The notes beneath the pieces were generated by a model, which was not told the DNA's origin, searched no databases, and saw only the letters and a program-made list of their open reading frames with translations. Below are positions 37,752 through 47,843 of a DNA stretch of 58,640 nt, piece by piece. Numbering within the stretch: the first letter of the stretch is position 1; every line of letters begins with the position of its first letter. A program made the position numbers and the translations under genes. The stretch lies in NCBI GenBank assembly GCA_031411835.1, contig JANOBV010000136.1:1-58640 (forward strand). The letters are read 5' to 3'. The stretch is from Bacteroidota bacterium. Its GTDB lineage: Bacteria > Bacteroidota > Bacteroidia > AKYH767-A > 2013-40CM-41-45.

Positions 37752-37818
37752 GTTGGCTATATGGGTTAATTTCAAATTGACAGTCCACTTGAACCTGTCC
37801 AATTAATTAAACGAGTTT

Positions 37819-39045
37819 TTAAAGCGTGTTTTTTACTGCATCGTCAATGACAGAATTTTCAAAACTTTTTAAATAAGTTTGAGTAATATCTTCAGTTTTA
37901 TGTCCCATCGCTTCTGAAATAATAGCGGTCGGCACGCCACCATATTTTAAAGTAGTTGCAAATGTGTGTCTGACAACGTAAGTTGTAAGCGGTGTACTGA
38001 TTCCTGCTAAGGTACCGATCTCTTTAAATAGTTCATTTATTTCAGTTCTCGTTTTATGTACTCTATTGTCAATTTGAACTGGTGTTATGTGTTTATTTCT
38101 GTCAAGAATAGGAAAGATATAATTTTCGGAATCTAATCCTGTAATGGGAAACCAATAACTTAAAATTTGAAGCAGTGGTTTTGTTAGTGCGAAATGAATT
38201 GGCTTTCTAGTTTTTCTTCGAATGTAAAATATCCTTCCTTGTTCTTTATTCTTCCATTTTAATTCAGCTATGTCAACAAAATTAATCCCTTGTCCATAGT
38301 ATATGAATAAGAAAATTTGTCGGGCTTCATATAGTTTAGTTCCAATTTCAAGTTCTAAGCTTTCTATTGTTTTTACTTCGGATTTAGAAATAGCACGTCT
38401 GTTTGTTTTAGTGTTAAATTTTGAAACTTTAAATTTTTTAAAAGGGTAATCTTTTTCATGCGCAATATTTTCTTTAATTGCCATATTGAATAGTGATCGC
38501 ATTGTTCGGAAATGAATAGACAATGTATTTTCGCTAACACTTTTTGATCGCATCCATGTCTCGTATTTTGTCAGAAGGGGGTAATCTAATTCATAAAAAT
38601 AGTAATCTCGATTGAGTGAAAAAGTTTTAAATGATGCGGCTACAAATCGATAAAGTTTAGAATTTCCGATTTGTCCTCGCATTTTAAATCTATCGCTAAC
38701 TTCTTTAAAAAATTGCGCAACCGTCTGATTTTTTACAGGACCTTCAACCAGTTCAACTAATCCCAGAGCACTAATTCTTTTGTCATCATGCAAAGCTTCA
38801 ATTTGCGCACTCTCGTATTTTTGAACTGTTTTGTTAATTATTGATTTTATTTTCAGTTGGTTTGGATGCTTAGATTTTGGGGCGTTTTTCTTTTCATCCC
38901 ACAACTCTAAGGGGCAACTTATGCCAATAGAAACATATTTCCTTTGTCTGTTTTTAGTTATCCTGAGCATTAGCGGAAACTCCCCATTTGAAAGGGCTTT
39001 CCACTTGTACAGAATAACGGCGAAACTTGCAGCTGAGTTTTTCAT
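37819..39045 (-). CDS. Tyrosine recombinase/integrase with arm-binding and SAM-like domains
   Basis: N-terminal PLMLRITKNRQRKY arm domain; GINFVDI, R.KT, YVVRHTFAT, MGH, TQTY. Confidence 0.95.
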   Translation of the reverse strand: MKNSAASFAVILYKWKALSNGEFPLMLRITKNRQRKYVSIGISCPLELWDEKKNAPKSKHPNQLKIKSIINKTVQKYESAQIEALHDDKRISALGLVELVEGPVKNQTVAQFFKEVSDRFKMRGQIGNSKLYRFVAASFKTFSLNRDYYFYELDYPLLTKYETWMRSKSVSENTLSIHFRTMRSLFNMAIKENIAHEKDYPFKKFKVSKFNTKTNRRAISKSEVKTIESLELEIGTKLYEARQIFLFIYYGQGINFVDIAELKWKNKEQGRIFYIRRKTRKPIHFALTKPLLQILSYWFPITGLDSENYIFPILDRNKHITPVQIDNRVHKTRTEINELFKEIGTLAGISTPLTTYVVRHTFATTLKYGGVPTAIISEAMGHKTEDITQTYLKSFENSVIDDAVKNTL

Positions 39046-39076
39046 GTTGAATTATTCTCGTTTATTGAACTATATT

Positions 39077-39098
39077 TGGTTGACACACTGGTTGACAC
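39077..39098 (+). repeat. Putative integrase arm-binding sites, right (2x TGGTTGACAC, 12-bp period)
   Basis: tggttgacac ac tggttgacac; same orientation and spacing as the left copy. Confidence 0.8.
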
Positions 39099-39215
39099 AA
39101 ATGAATCAAAACATCTATTATGTTACAAGTAATAAAAAGTAAACTTATCTCTAAATATCAACAAGTTAGTCTAATAACTAATGAGTTCAATAACTATCAA
39201 ATAGGGGCAAAACTA

Positions 39216-39262
39216 TGCCTTACAAGCAGAGGGTCACAGGTTCGAACCCTGTAGCTCCCACT
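39216..39262 (+). repeat. att core, right copy (3' half of tRNA-Val)
   Basis: Exact 47-bp match to 12685-12731; lacks the tRNA 5' half. Confidence 0.95.
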
Positions 39263-39264
39263 AC

Positions 39265-39290
39265 AAACCCACCTTCACGGTGGGTTTTGT
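39265..39290 (+). terminator. Hairpin/terminator, probably the original tRNA-Val terminator
   Basis: AAACCCACC-TTCAC-GGTGGGTTT then TGT. Confidence 0.7.
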
Positions 39291-39295
39291 CGTTT

Positions 39296-39448
<153 letters not shown>

Positions 39449-39502
39449 GGTTCCGTTTTTTCTTTACCTACTATGCTTGTCCAAAACAATTATGGAAATC
39501 AT

Positions 39503-40129
39503 TTACAATACAAGAAATTTTCCGCTTATTAATTGACCATCCTCATTTGTAATGGTGAAGAAATAGAAGCCAGGTTTCAGATTGATCTGACCAATTTCAA
39601 ACTGATCTGTATTACTTGTAGTTTGTGAGACAGGACTTCCTGCAAGACTATAAACAGCGAGTTTGCTTATCTGTTTCTGTGTGTTTTTAAAATATATAGT
39701 TGAATTATTGACAATCGGATTTGGATAAATTCTATATCCGCCTGCTTTAATATCAAGTACAGTTATTAATACAAGATTAGAAAATCCTGACCAACCAAGT
39801 TGCAATCGATATATATTAATAGAATTTAATGTAGGCATATAGTGTACAAAAGAATAAGATACCGATTCAGTACTACTACCACAAATCCCACCTATGTCTC
39901 CAATGCGCTCCCAGTCTACCGAATCTAAGGAATGATAAATCTGAATCCCATTACATGTAGAACCCTCTGCAACTGTCCAGTTGAGATATACTTTTCCACT
40001 ACTTTCAAAGGCACTAAAATTATCCAAAATTGCGGATTGCGCAAAAGAGGAGGAAGTTTGAAAAAACCATAGTAGAATTGCAATAAGGATATACTTATTC
40101 CTTCTCATGATCATTAAAATATAAAGCAA
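39503..40129 (-). CDS. Small T9SS type A-sorted protein
   Basis: Signal peptide, Ig/FN3-like domain (VYLNW), IYPNP...GFYF...GKFLVL CTD. Confidence 0.8.
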   Translation of the reverse strand: MLYILMIMRRNKYILIAILLWFFQTSSSFAQSAILDNFSAFESSGKVYLNWTVAEGSTCNGIQIYHSLDSVDWERIGDIGGICGSSTESVSYSFVHYMPTLNSINIYRLQLGWSGFSNLVLITVLDIKAGGYRIYPNPIVNNSTIYFKNTQKQISKLAVYSLAGSPVSQTTSNTDQFEIGQINLKPGFYFFTITNEDGQLISGKFLVL

Positions 40130-40222
40130 TATAAGAAATTTTTCATTAGATCTCTAATTTTAGACTTACCCTAATTTGAAATACGACTAGTTTACATAAA
40201 CCATTGAAGTGGATAGTTAAAA

Positions 40223-40390
40223 TTATTTTTTAATTAATTGTTTTGTTACTAATTCAGAATTGGTCACTAATTGAATCGTATTATTCCCACTTGCCAAATT
40301 GTTTATTGAAACGATAATTGATTGAGAATATGTAGCGTGAAAACCCTTTACCATTTTACCTGCTGCATCATAAATTGTTGAAGATGTAAC
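40223..40390 (-). pseudogene. Orphan T9SS C-terminal sorting domain remnant
   Basis: VTSSTIYDAAGKMVK...SINNLASGNNTIQLVTNSELVTKQLIKK*; preceded in frame by TAA, no 5' gene body. Confidence 0.65.
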
Positions 40391-40447
40391 TTAAATTTAC
40401 ATAAAGTAAATGTGGAAAATATTTTAATAAAATTTTACTATTATCTG

Positions 40448-41677
40448 TTAAGTTTTTTTCGCAATCACTTTCGCAATTTTATCTTTCGACTCTTTGCTCA
40501 CTTCACATTGTTCAGCATAAAATTTCCAATCATAAATAACACTTTGAACATGATCAATAATAGCATTCGCATTTTTCACTTGAAAATAATCAGCTAATTC
40601 CATAATATTTTTTTTTGTAGGATTCGCACTTTCTGATGAGATCATTGTGCTATGCATGCCGTGACCGGAACCTGAAAAAGTTAGGTCGTAGGCAGGTGCA
40701 ACTTTCCATTTTCCATTTGCATCCATCAAGAAAGAAAAGTTTTTACTATGATCGTCTCTGTTGTGTGCAAAAACATTGAAGGCTGCTAAGCGCAATATTT
40801 TTTCATATGCGCGAACATCATTTTCTAGAGCGAAAGCGCAGTCCATTAAATTTCCGTAATCTAAATTACTGTATCTGAAATTATCATGCATTAGTCCTGC
40901 AGCAGAGTGCATGTGAATTTTATAATTTCCATTTCTGTCAAAACGTTTGGTGCCAAAATAAGCCTGACCTGATTTGCCATGAAAAAGTTTTGATTCACTC
41001 ATCTCTATACCGGCATTTAGTGCCATTTTGTAATAGGCGAATTCTATGTTTGCTATATCATGAGTGTCGGCTGATGAAGGAAATTTTATAATCCAATGTT
41101 CGTAACCACTAGGCAATTTGTTTTCATCCGGGATAATGTGATTCGTAATAGAATTATATCCAACCAATATTTTCGGTCGCGCTCCACCAGAAGTTCCACC
41201 AAGTTGAAAAAGTTCATCTAATATTTCAGGCGCTGTTCCTGAAATAATTTGATTCGTCGCTTTTGCAATTTCATCTAATTCAATTTTAAATTCTTCAATG
41301 AATTCAATTTGTATTTCCGGTTTGTACGTTAATGCTCCCATTCCATTACTCCCAACATAGGCTAATCGATCAAGTGGAGTGATGTCGTTAACATTAATTC
41401 CTCTTGCTGTAAGCGCACGATCTAATAATAATTTTCCCCAGCCATCAGGAAGTGAATCTGCAAATACTCCAAATAGTCCGTCAAAAGGAATTAGACCTGA
41501 ATTATTTATTCCGGTGTTTAATTTTAATTTTATCGGCGAGATCTCTAATCCTCGTGAAATAAATTCTGCGTAGTATTTGAAGAATATATTTTTTCCTTCA
41601 CTTACTAATTCTCCTAATTCAATTATTTCATTCTTAAGTTGAATAGAAACAACTATTTTTTTCACATGTTCCATCAC
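40448..41677 (-). CDS. hipA: HipA-family toxin kinase
   Basis: DSLPDGWG, GGTSGGARPK, HNRDDHSKNFSF, APAYDL. Confidence 0.92.
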   Translation of the reverse strand: MMEHVKKIVVSIQLKNEIIELGELVSEGKNIFFKYYAEFISRGLEISPIKLKLNTGINNSGLIPFDGLFGVFADSLPDGWGKLLLDRALTARGINVNDITPLDRLAYVGSNGMGALTYKPEIQIEFIEEFKIELDEIAKATNQIISGTAPEILDELFQLGGTSGGARPKILVGYNSITNHIIPDENKLPSGYEHWIIKFPSSADTHDIANIEFAYYKMALNAGIEMSESKLFHGKSGQAYFGTKRFDRNGNYKIHMHSAAGLMHDNFRYSNLDYGNLMDCAFALENDVRAYEKILRLAAFNVFAHNRDDHSKNFSFLMDANGKWKVAPAYDLTFSGSGHGMHSTMISSESANPTKKNIMELADYFQVKNANAIIDHVQSVIYDWKFYAEQCEVSKESKDKIAKVIAKKT

Positions 41678-41964
41678 GCTCTCGTTTTATCAGAAAATAA
41701 TTTCTCTATCTCCTTTAAATTTTCTTTTGGTGTTAAAAGTGTTTCGAAATCATTCATGCGATTTAAAATTTGTGCTAACTTTAAAAGTGACTCCAATGAT
41801 ATTTGTCCTGTCAACTCAAAGCGTTTAACACTGCCCAATGAAACACCAGAACGCTTCGCTATTTCACTTTGAGTGAAGCCCGCTTGTTTCCTTATAATTT
41901 TAATTTTTTGTGCCAGTTCAATCAATAGATCTGAGGGCAGTTTCGTTAGACCAAATTTTGCCAT
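41674..41964 (-). CDS. XRE-family HTH antitoxin (HipB-like)
   Basis: RKQAGFTQSEIAKRSGVSLGSVKRFE; 4-bp overlap with hipA. Confidence 0.88.
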   Translation of the reverse strand: MAKFGLTKLPSDLLIELAQKIKIIRKQAGFTQSEIAKRSGVSLGSVKRFELTGQISLESLLKLAQILNRMNDFETLLTPKENLKEIEKLFSDKTRA

Positions 41965-42175
41965 AGTAGCTAATATATTAGTCTAATATACTTATAATAT
42001 ACTTAAATGGCCAATATATTAGCTCTAAAAATTACATTTAAGACCACAATTATGTCAGTTCAGCTTAAATCCAGCCATTTTATCGCTTTGGTCCACATCA
42101 ATATTCCGAAGAGTGTCAAATTTGGCTGGTGCAATCCTTTCAAATTCACCAATATAATTGTACCTTCGCGGCCTT

Positions 42176-42625
42176 ATGAAACGTATCCTCGACAGCCGCA
42201 AACTTCTCAACGCAGAAAAAGACACTGATCTGGCTAATCTGAAATTGATCTACAGAAACCTGATCAAAGAATGGCACCCTGATAAATTTCAGGATGAACA
42301 AAAAAAGGAAGAAGCAGAAGTAACAAGCAAAAGCATCATTGAAGCTTATCATTTATTAGTGAGTGTGAATCCCGAAACACATGCATCGAATGCGGAGGCG
42401 TATACGCTTACAACAACAACTTCTAGCATCGAAGATTTTTCGTACAAAGGACAAACATTGAAAGTGACTTTTCATGATGGTAGCGTGTACGAATATTTCG
42501 GTGTGCCGAAGAACATTTATACGAAGCTGATCAATTCTCCGATCCAAGCACGGTTTGCAAGACGTCATATTTTCAATTCGTATTTGTATCGCAATGTTAT
42601 TAAGAGTGCAATGGTGATGGCGTAA
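42176..42625 (+). CDS. J-domain plus KTSC domain protein
   Basis: YRNLIKEWHPDKF (HPD motif); SSIEDFSY..LKVTFHDGSVYEYFGVP KTSC signature. Confidence 0.85.
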   Translation: MKRILDSRKLLNAEKDTDLANLKLIYRNLIKEWHPDKFQDEQKKEEAEVTSKSIIEAYHLLVSVNPETHASNAEAYTLTTTTSSIEDFSYKGQTLKVTFHDGSVYEYFGVPKNIYTKLINSPIQARFARRHIFNSYLYRNVIKSAMVMA

Positions 42626-42682
42626 TCGATTTATTTTCGATTATTACTTTCCATTATTATTCTTGAACATTAATATCTTCAC

Positions 42683-43831
42683 ATGTCTTTTTCCAATCTG
42701 GGTCTTTCGTCATCGCTGGTCAAAATTATTTCTGATCAGGGATATACTCAGCCGTATCCGATCCAGAGTGAAGCTATTCCTGCAATTTTAAAAAAGCAGG
42801 ATGTATTAGGAATTTCTGCAACTGGATCAGGAAAGACTGCAAGTTATGTATTGCCCATCTTAATGGGTTTGCATGCAAATGTTGTTTCAAAAAACAGACA
42901 CGTAAAAGTTTTAGTACTTGTGCCTACACGTGAACTTGCGACGCAAGTATTCGATGTATTCAAACTTTTTGGTTCTGCGCTTGCTAATCCAGTGAAATCG
43001 CTTGCTGTATTCGGTGGTGTTTCTATCAATCCGCAGATGATGGCTATGCAGAATGTAGATGTGCTTGTCGCAACTCCCGGTCGGTTACTTGAATTGGTTG
43101 AATCGAATGCCGTTCATCTTTCAGAGATCGATACCCTCGTTCTTGATGAAGCAGATAAAATGCTGAACCTCGGATTCGAAGAGGAAATGAATCGCATTCT
43201 CGAACTTCTTCCACGTAAACGACAAAATTTATTGTTCTCTGCGACACTGAATGAAAATCTCGAATCGATCAACAAATTGGTTTTACGTAATCCTGTTGTA
43301 ATAAAAATCGAGTCGAATGACGAGCCGGAGAATATTGATCTGATCAAACAACTTGGTTATTTTGTAAGCGAAGAACGTAAAGGTCCATTGCTTCGATATT
43401 TGATCAAGCACAATACATTGAAACAAGTTTTAGTTTTCACATCGTCAGTTTTTGAAGCAGATAAAGTAACAGACAAGCTTCGCAAAAATGGAATTGATGC
43501 AGCAGCAATGCACAGTAAAAAAAGTCAAGGTGCAAGAACGGATGCATTGACACGATTTAAATCAGGAAAACTTACTGCACTTGTTGCAACCGATCTGATC
43601 TCTCGCGGTATCGACATCAAATTTTTACCTCACGTGATCAATTACGAATTACCTCGTTCGCCGAAAGATTACATTCACCGTATAGGAAGAACGGGCCGCG
43701 CCGAGAATCCGGGCGAAGCGATTACTTTTGTTACTCCTGATGATGTACATCATTTCCGTGTGATCCAGAAGAAAATGGGTAAGTGGGTGACGATGATCGA
43801 TAGTGAGGGGATGGATTTGAGTGGGTTTTGA
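42683..43831 (+). CDS. DEAD-box RNA helicase
   Basis: Q motif, TGSGKT, PTRELA, TPGRL, DEAD, SAT, YIHRIGRTGRA. Confidence 0.96.
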   Translation: MSFSNLGLSSSLVKIISDQGYTQPYPIQSEAIPAILKKQDVLGISATGSGKTASYVLPILMGLHANVVSKNRHVKVLVLVPTRELATQVFDVFKLFGSALANPVKSLAVFGGVSINPQMMAMQNVDVLVATPGRLLELVESNAVHLSEIDTLVLDEADKMLNLGFEEEMNRILELLPRKRQNLLFSATLNENLESINKLVLRNPVVIKIESNDEPENIDLIKQLGYFVSEERKGPLLRYLIKHNTLKQVLVFTSSVFEADKVTDKLRKNGIDAAAMHSKKSQGARTDALTRFKSGKLTALVATDLISRGIDIKFLPHVINYELPRSPKDYIHRIGRTGRAENPGEAITFVTPDDVHHFRVIQKKMGKWVTMIDSEGMDLSGF

Positions 43832-43966
43832 TTAATAGTTACATATGAAGAAATTCTATCTATTAGAGGTCATTGTCACATTCTAGTCAGTTTTTATTTT
43901 AAATGAAAGTTATAAATTTAATTTCATACTTTTAATTTGTAATTATTTTATAAAATCGTTTTTTCA

Positions 43967-46648
43967 ATGAAGGTAAAATTATTCGCAATTTTTATTGCTT
44001 TGTTTTTTGTGAAAGAAATCAATGCGCAAGGCTATGATCAGTTTGTGTGGAATAGTTCAATTCAAGGATTGGCAGGCCCTCAATTTGTGAGGTTCGGTCC
44101 AGACGATTCACTTTACATCGGAAGTGTATTTGGACTTCATGTATTTGCTGATACAACAATTAATTTTTATCCATTTTATCCATTGGCGGGTCACTATGCA
44201 AAAGCTATAACTTTTGAAAGTGGGATCGCTTGGATTGGAACAGATAGTGGACTTGTCAAAAGAAGTGGGGTGCAATTTCAAGTATTTAATCAAAGTAATT
44301 CCGGAATGAATTGCGATTTGATAAATGATGTCAAAGTTATTGGATCAAGTATATATTTAGCAACAGATAGTGGTTTGACGATCTTTGATGGAAGTACATG
44401 GACGAATAGTTCAATTTCTGATTTAGGGTTGCTTGAAAAGCCGGTTTCAATAGGTAAAAATAATTTTGGAGTTTACTTATCAGATAGAGCAGGGGCAATC
44501 ATTGTTAATTCAGGGTCAACTTGGCGCAGTGTTTACAATTCTAAATACGGTACTTATCAATCAGGGAAGTTTGTCAATTTGAATAATGATACACTTTTGA
44601 TTCCTTACTTAGCAGCATTTGTAACTGATTCAATTGTTAATTATATAGATATTCCTTTTGATCCATGTGTTTTTAAAGATAACCTTGATTCAAAAGCTTT
44701 TCTATTTTCAAATCCAGTTACTGGTGAAAATATTATGACACTTTCAAAGGGTGGTTTACCATCAAGTTGTGATTATTTGCTCAAGCTAAATAATTTCGAA
44801 TTAGATCTAAGTGATATCAGGGAATTTAGTAATACACAATTGAGTAGTTACATTAGTCAATTGTCAACATATGGAAATTTATTTGATTTTAATTCTTTAG
44901 GAAAACTGTATTGGGTTCAAAACTCCCTTTCACATAGAATTTTTTCTGTGAACTTATCTTTGGATTCATTTCCTTCAAATGTGCCATTTGATGTTTGCCC
45001 ATATCTCGACATCAACCAAGTGCGTGCAAGAGTATGGAATAATGGGACTATGTTTTGGGATCTTGCCGGAGATGCATTATATGAAGTTCCTAAAGGTTCA
45101 GGGAAGACTGCAATTTTTGGAAATGGTCTTTGGATCGGCGGACTAGATCAAAGCAATCAATTGCACATAGCTGCTCAGACGTATCGACAAAGTGGAAGTG
45201 ATTTTTGGCCCGGACCATTGGATACAATTAATGCAACTATCGATTCAGCGACAAAATCTGCATTTGATACAATTTGGAAAATCAACAAAAGTACGATAGA
45301 AGATTTTATTTGGCGGTATGCAACTGGACAAGTTCAGAATGGATCATGGGCAGTACCAGATATAATTTTAAATTGGCCGGCTGGTGGCTCAGGAAATTAT
45401 TCGCGCAATCTTGCGCCTTACTATGATTTCAATCAGGATGGAAATTATAATCCATTTGATGGCGATTATCCAGATATAAAAGGAAGCCAAATGATCTGGT
45501 CTGTGTTCAATGATAATTTTGGTTTTCACGATGAAACAAATTCTGACCGAAATCTCGGAGTCGAAATTCAAATGTCTGCTTATGCTTATAATTGTTCAAT
45601 GGCAATTAACGATGATAGTGTGATCAACTATACAACATTTTATCATTATGATATCATCAATCGATCTGACACAGATTATCATGAAGTTTATCTTGGTGTA
45701 TTTACAGATGTCGATCTTGGCAACTATCTCGATGATTATGTCGGTTGCGATACTGTAAATGACTTCGGGTTTGCTTATAATGGGGATGATGACGATGATG
45801 GTTTATTAGGTTATGGGTTACATCCGCCAATGATCAATAACGTAATTCTTGAAGGTCCTGATGCAACTCCTTTCGATGGTATTGACAATGATCATGACGG
45901 AATTACTGATGAGGTCGATGAAAAGTGTATGATGAATAATTTTACTTATTGGAATAATGATGCTTCGCCCATTGGCAATCCAAATTCGGCGCAAGATTAC
46001 TATTATCGAATACAATCACGTTGGAAGGATGGGTCACATGTAATGCTGGGTGGTAGTGGATTTAATCAAGCTAATAGTGACAGTACTAATTACATGTTTA
46101 GTGCAACGCCTTACAGTGGATTATTTTGGTCTGAATCGGTTCCCTATGATTCGGGTTCAACTCCCAATACGGCAGATGATAGGCGATTTCTGATTTCATC
46201 GGGCCCATTCAATTTAAATGCTCATCAAAAAAAATCAATTGACTTTGCATATGTGTATACACGCAACCCCAATTCTCCAAATGGATTAACCACTTCCATT
46301 TTGAAAAACACTCAAGATGTTTTACGGATAAAGCAATTTTACGAAAGCAATACATTTCCGTGTGACAATGTGATTTCAGTAGAAGAAATTGAAAATTTGG
46401 AACTGAGTGTTTTTCCAAATCCGGCAGATCAACAGATTGAGATCAATTTTTCTTCTTCAGGAAATTCGGCGAAGCAAGTACAAATTTCAGATCTATTAGG
46501 AAAGATTGTTTATACTAAAAAGCTTGGTACAGAAAGAAGTTTTAAGATTGCAACCGGTAATTTATCACCCGGATTATATTTTTTGACATTAACTTCCGGT
46601 GGGCAAATTACTTCGAGAAAATTTAATGTTCAACATTTTAATAAATAG
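43967..46648 (+). CDS. T9SS-secreted protein with N-terminal beta-propeller repeats
   Basis: WIGTDSGL / YLATDSGL blades, DxNxDG Ca-binding motifs, VFPNPA...GLYFL CTD. Confidence 0.8.
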   Translation: MKVKLFAIFIALFFVKEINAQGYDQFVWNSSIQGLAGPQFVRFGPDDSLYIGSVFGLHVFADTTINFYPFYPLAGHYAKAITFESGIAWIGTDSGLVKRSGVQFQVFNQSNSGMNCDLINDVKVIGSSIYLATDSGLTIFDGSTWTNSSISDLGLLEKPVSIGKNNFGVYLSDRAGAIIVNSGSTWRSVYNSKYGTYQSGKFVNLNNDTLLIPYLAAFVTDSIVNYIDIPFDPCVFKDNLDSKAFLFSNPVTGENIMTLSKGGLPSSCDYLLKLNNFELDLSDIREFSNTQLSSYISQLSTYGNLFDFNSLGKLYWVQNSLSHRIFSVNLSLDSFPSNVPFDVCPYLDINQVRARVWNNGTMFWDLAGDALYEVPKGSGKTAIFGNGLWIGGLDQSNQLHIAAQTYRQSGSDFWPGPLDTINATIDSATKSAFDTIWKINKSTIEDFIWRYATGQVQNGSWAVPDIILNWPAGGSGNYSRNLAPYYDFNQDGNYNPFDGDYPDIKGSQMIWSVFNDNFGFHDETNSDRNLGVEIQMSAYAYNCSMAINDDSVINYTTFYHYDIINRSDTDYHEVYLGVFTDVDLGNYLDDYVGCDTVNDFGFAYNGDDDDDGLLGYGLHPPMINNVILEGPDATPFDGIDNDHDGITDEVDEKCMMNNFTYWNNDASPIGNPNSAQDYYYRIQSRWKDGSHVMLGGSGFNQANSDSTNYMFSATPYSGLFWSESVPYDSGSTPNTADDRRFLISSGPFNLNAHQKKSIDFAYVYTRNPNSPNGLTTSILKNTQDVLRIKQFYESNTFPCDNVISVEEIENLELSVFPNPADQQIEINFSSSGNSAKQVQISDLLGKIVYTKKLGTERSFKIATGNLSPGLYFLTLTSGGQITSRKFNVQHFNK

Positions 46649-46706
46649 GCGGTATGATAATCTCCTTTCAAAAGCTATTTTGAAAATGAAGCATCTAGTT
46701 TACAAT

Positions 46707-47300
46707 TCACTTCCAAATCCTAAAATTAAAATCCAATTTCCTTTTCTGTATTAGCGTCCGCCAGTCGATAAACAATAGTGCGCCAATTAATATTAGTGCA
46801 ATTGACAAACTTAAAATACTTTTCAAGGAGAGTAAGTCATCTAATATGGCGTTAGAATTATCTGTAGCATATTTCCCCAAATTAATGGCAATGGTGTCGC
46901 TAATAAATTTGCCGACAAAAAAAGCAGGAATAATGTTTTGTGGTTTCACTTTTGCAATTCCTGCAGCGAGGAAAAGTGGAGTTGTTGGTAGTGGCATCAA
47001 TGAATACGCAAGTATGAATACGTGACTGCGCCAACCTTTTTTTTTCATTTCGTTTCCCAAGAATTCAATGTCATCCGTTTTTGTTTGCTTGAAAATTTTA
47101 CCGGCTAAATGAGGAATATAGAGAGTCAAAACATACCTTCCTAAAATAGATCCGGCAACTCCAATAAAAATTACAAACCAAATATTCAGATTAAATAGAA
47201 TTTGTAAGGTCATCATAATTGTAAATGCAGGTGGAAATGGAAATGGCACCACATCAAAAATGAATGCTCCGAGAAATACTAAGAGATAGTGAAACCACAT
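46707..47300 (-). CDS. Membrane protein (DedA/VTT-like)
   Basis: PFPFPP, GSILGRY, PLPTTPLFLAAG; multi-TM. Confidence 0.65.
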   Translation of the reverse strand: MWFHYLLVFLGAFIFDVVPFPFPPAFTIMMTLQILFNLNIWFVIFIGVAGSILGRYVLTLYIPHLAGKIFKQTKTDDIEFLGNEMKKKGWRSHVFILAYSLMPLPTTPLFLAAGIAKVKPQNIIPAFFVGKFISDTIAINLGKYATDNSNAILDDLLSLKSILSLSIALILIGALLFIDWRTLIQKRKLDFNFRIWK

Positions 47301-47411
47301 AAGATTTTATAAATGTTTAAAAATTGAGGATTTGGCTTAGCTGGTGTAATACTCTAAAGATAGGTAGAATTCCGAATTAATGAGGCAAGAAGGGAAAGGT
47401 TGTACCTATAA

Positions 47412-47741
47412 TTGAATACTTTTCGAAGCATTTGTAAAGAATTAGTATTTGAGTTGATTCTTGCTCTTCAAACTAAGAACTGCTCAACTATTATTGCTGA
47501 TGCAAGGGAGATGTTTGTGATTTCTCCAAAAGATCGGCAATGGACAATCGACATTTGGTATCCTCTAGCTGTTAGTGCCGGATTCAAGTTCCAAGGATTG
47601 ATCTTAAGCAGGAATACGTTTAACGAGCTTTCTGTAAAACAGATCTCAGCGCATTACGACGAGAATAAAGTGACCACTATGTATTTCGTTTCACCATCGG
47701 CTGCATTAGATTGGGTTAGGAGCTTAGTGGATAGTGAGTAG
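47412..47741 (+). CDS. Hypothetical protein (SpoIIAA/STAS-like), start uncertain, possibly 5'-degraded
   Basis: IIADAREM..ISPKDRQW, YF...AALDW pattern; TTG start. Confidence 0.45.
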   Translation: MNTFRSICKELVFELILALQTKNCSTIIADAREMFVISPKDRQWTIDIWYPLAVSAGFKFQGLILSRNTFNELSVKQISAHYDENKVTTMYFVSPSAALDWVRSLVDSE

Positions 47742-47843
47742 AACATATTTGAATTTTCAACTTTGAATTTATTTTAATTTTTCATTTACTATTTTTAATA
47801 TCTTGGTCATGATCTTTTACTAAAATTACTATCACGTTTTAAT

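Larger units (their letters stand above)
12685..39262. mobile_element. Integrative genomic island (~26.5 kb) inserted in tRNA-Val
   Basis: 47-bp direct repeat of the tRNA 3' half at both ends; tyrosine integrase and excisionase-like gene next to the distal copy; conflict-gene cargo. Confidence 0.93.

Noticed and set aside
39216-39262. Second tRNA-Val gene
   Set aside because: Only the 3' 47 bp are present, with no D-arm or 5' acceptor strand; it is the att duplication
12685-39262. Prophage or conjugative ICE
   Set aside because: No recognisable capsid, terminase, tail, relaxase or T4SS genes
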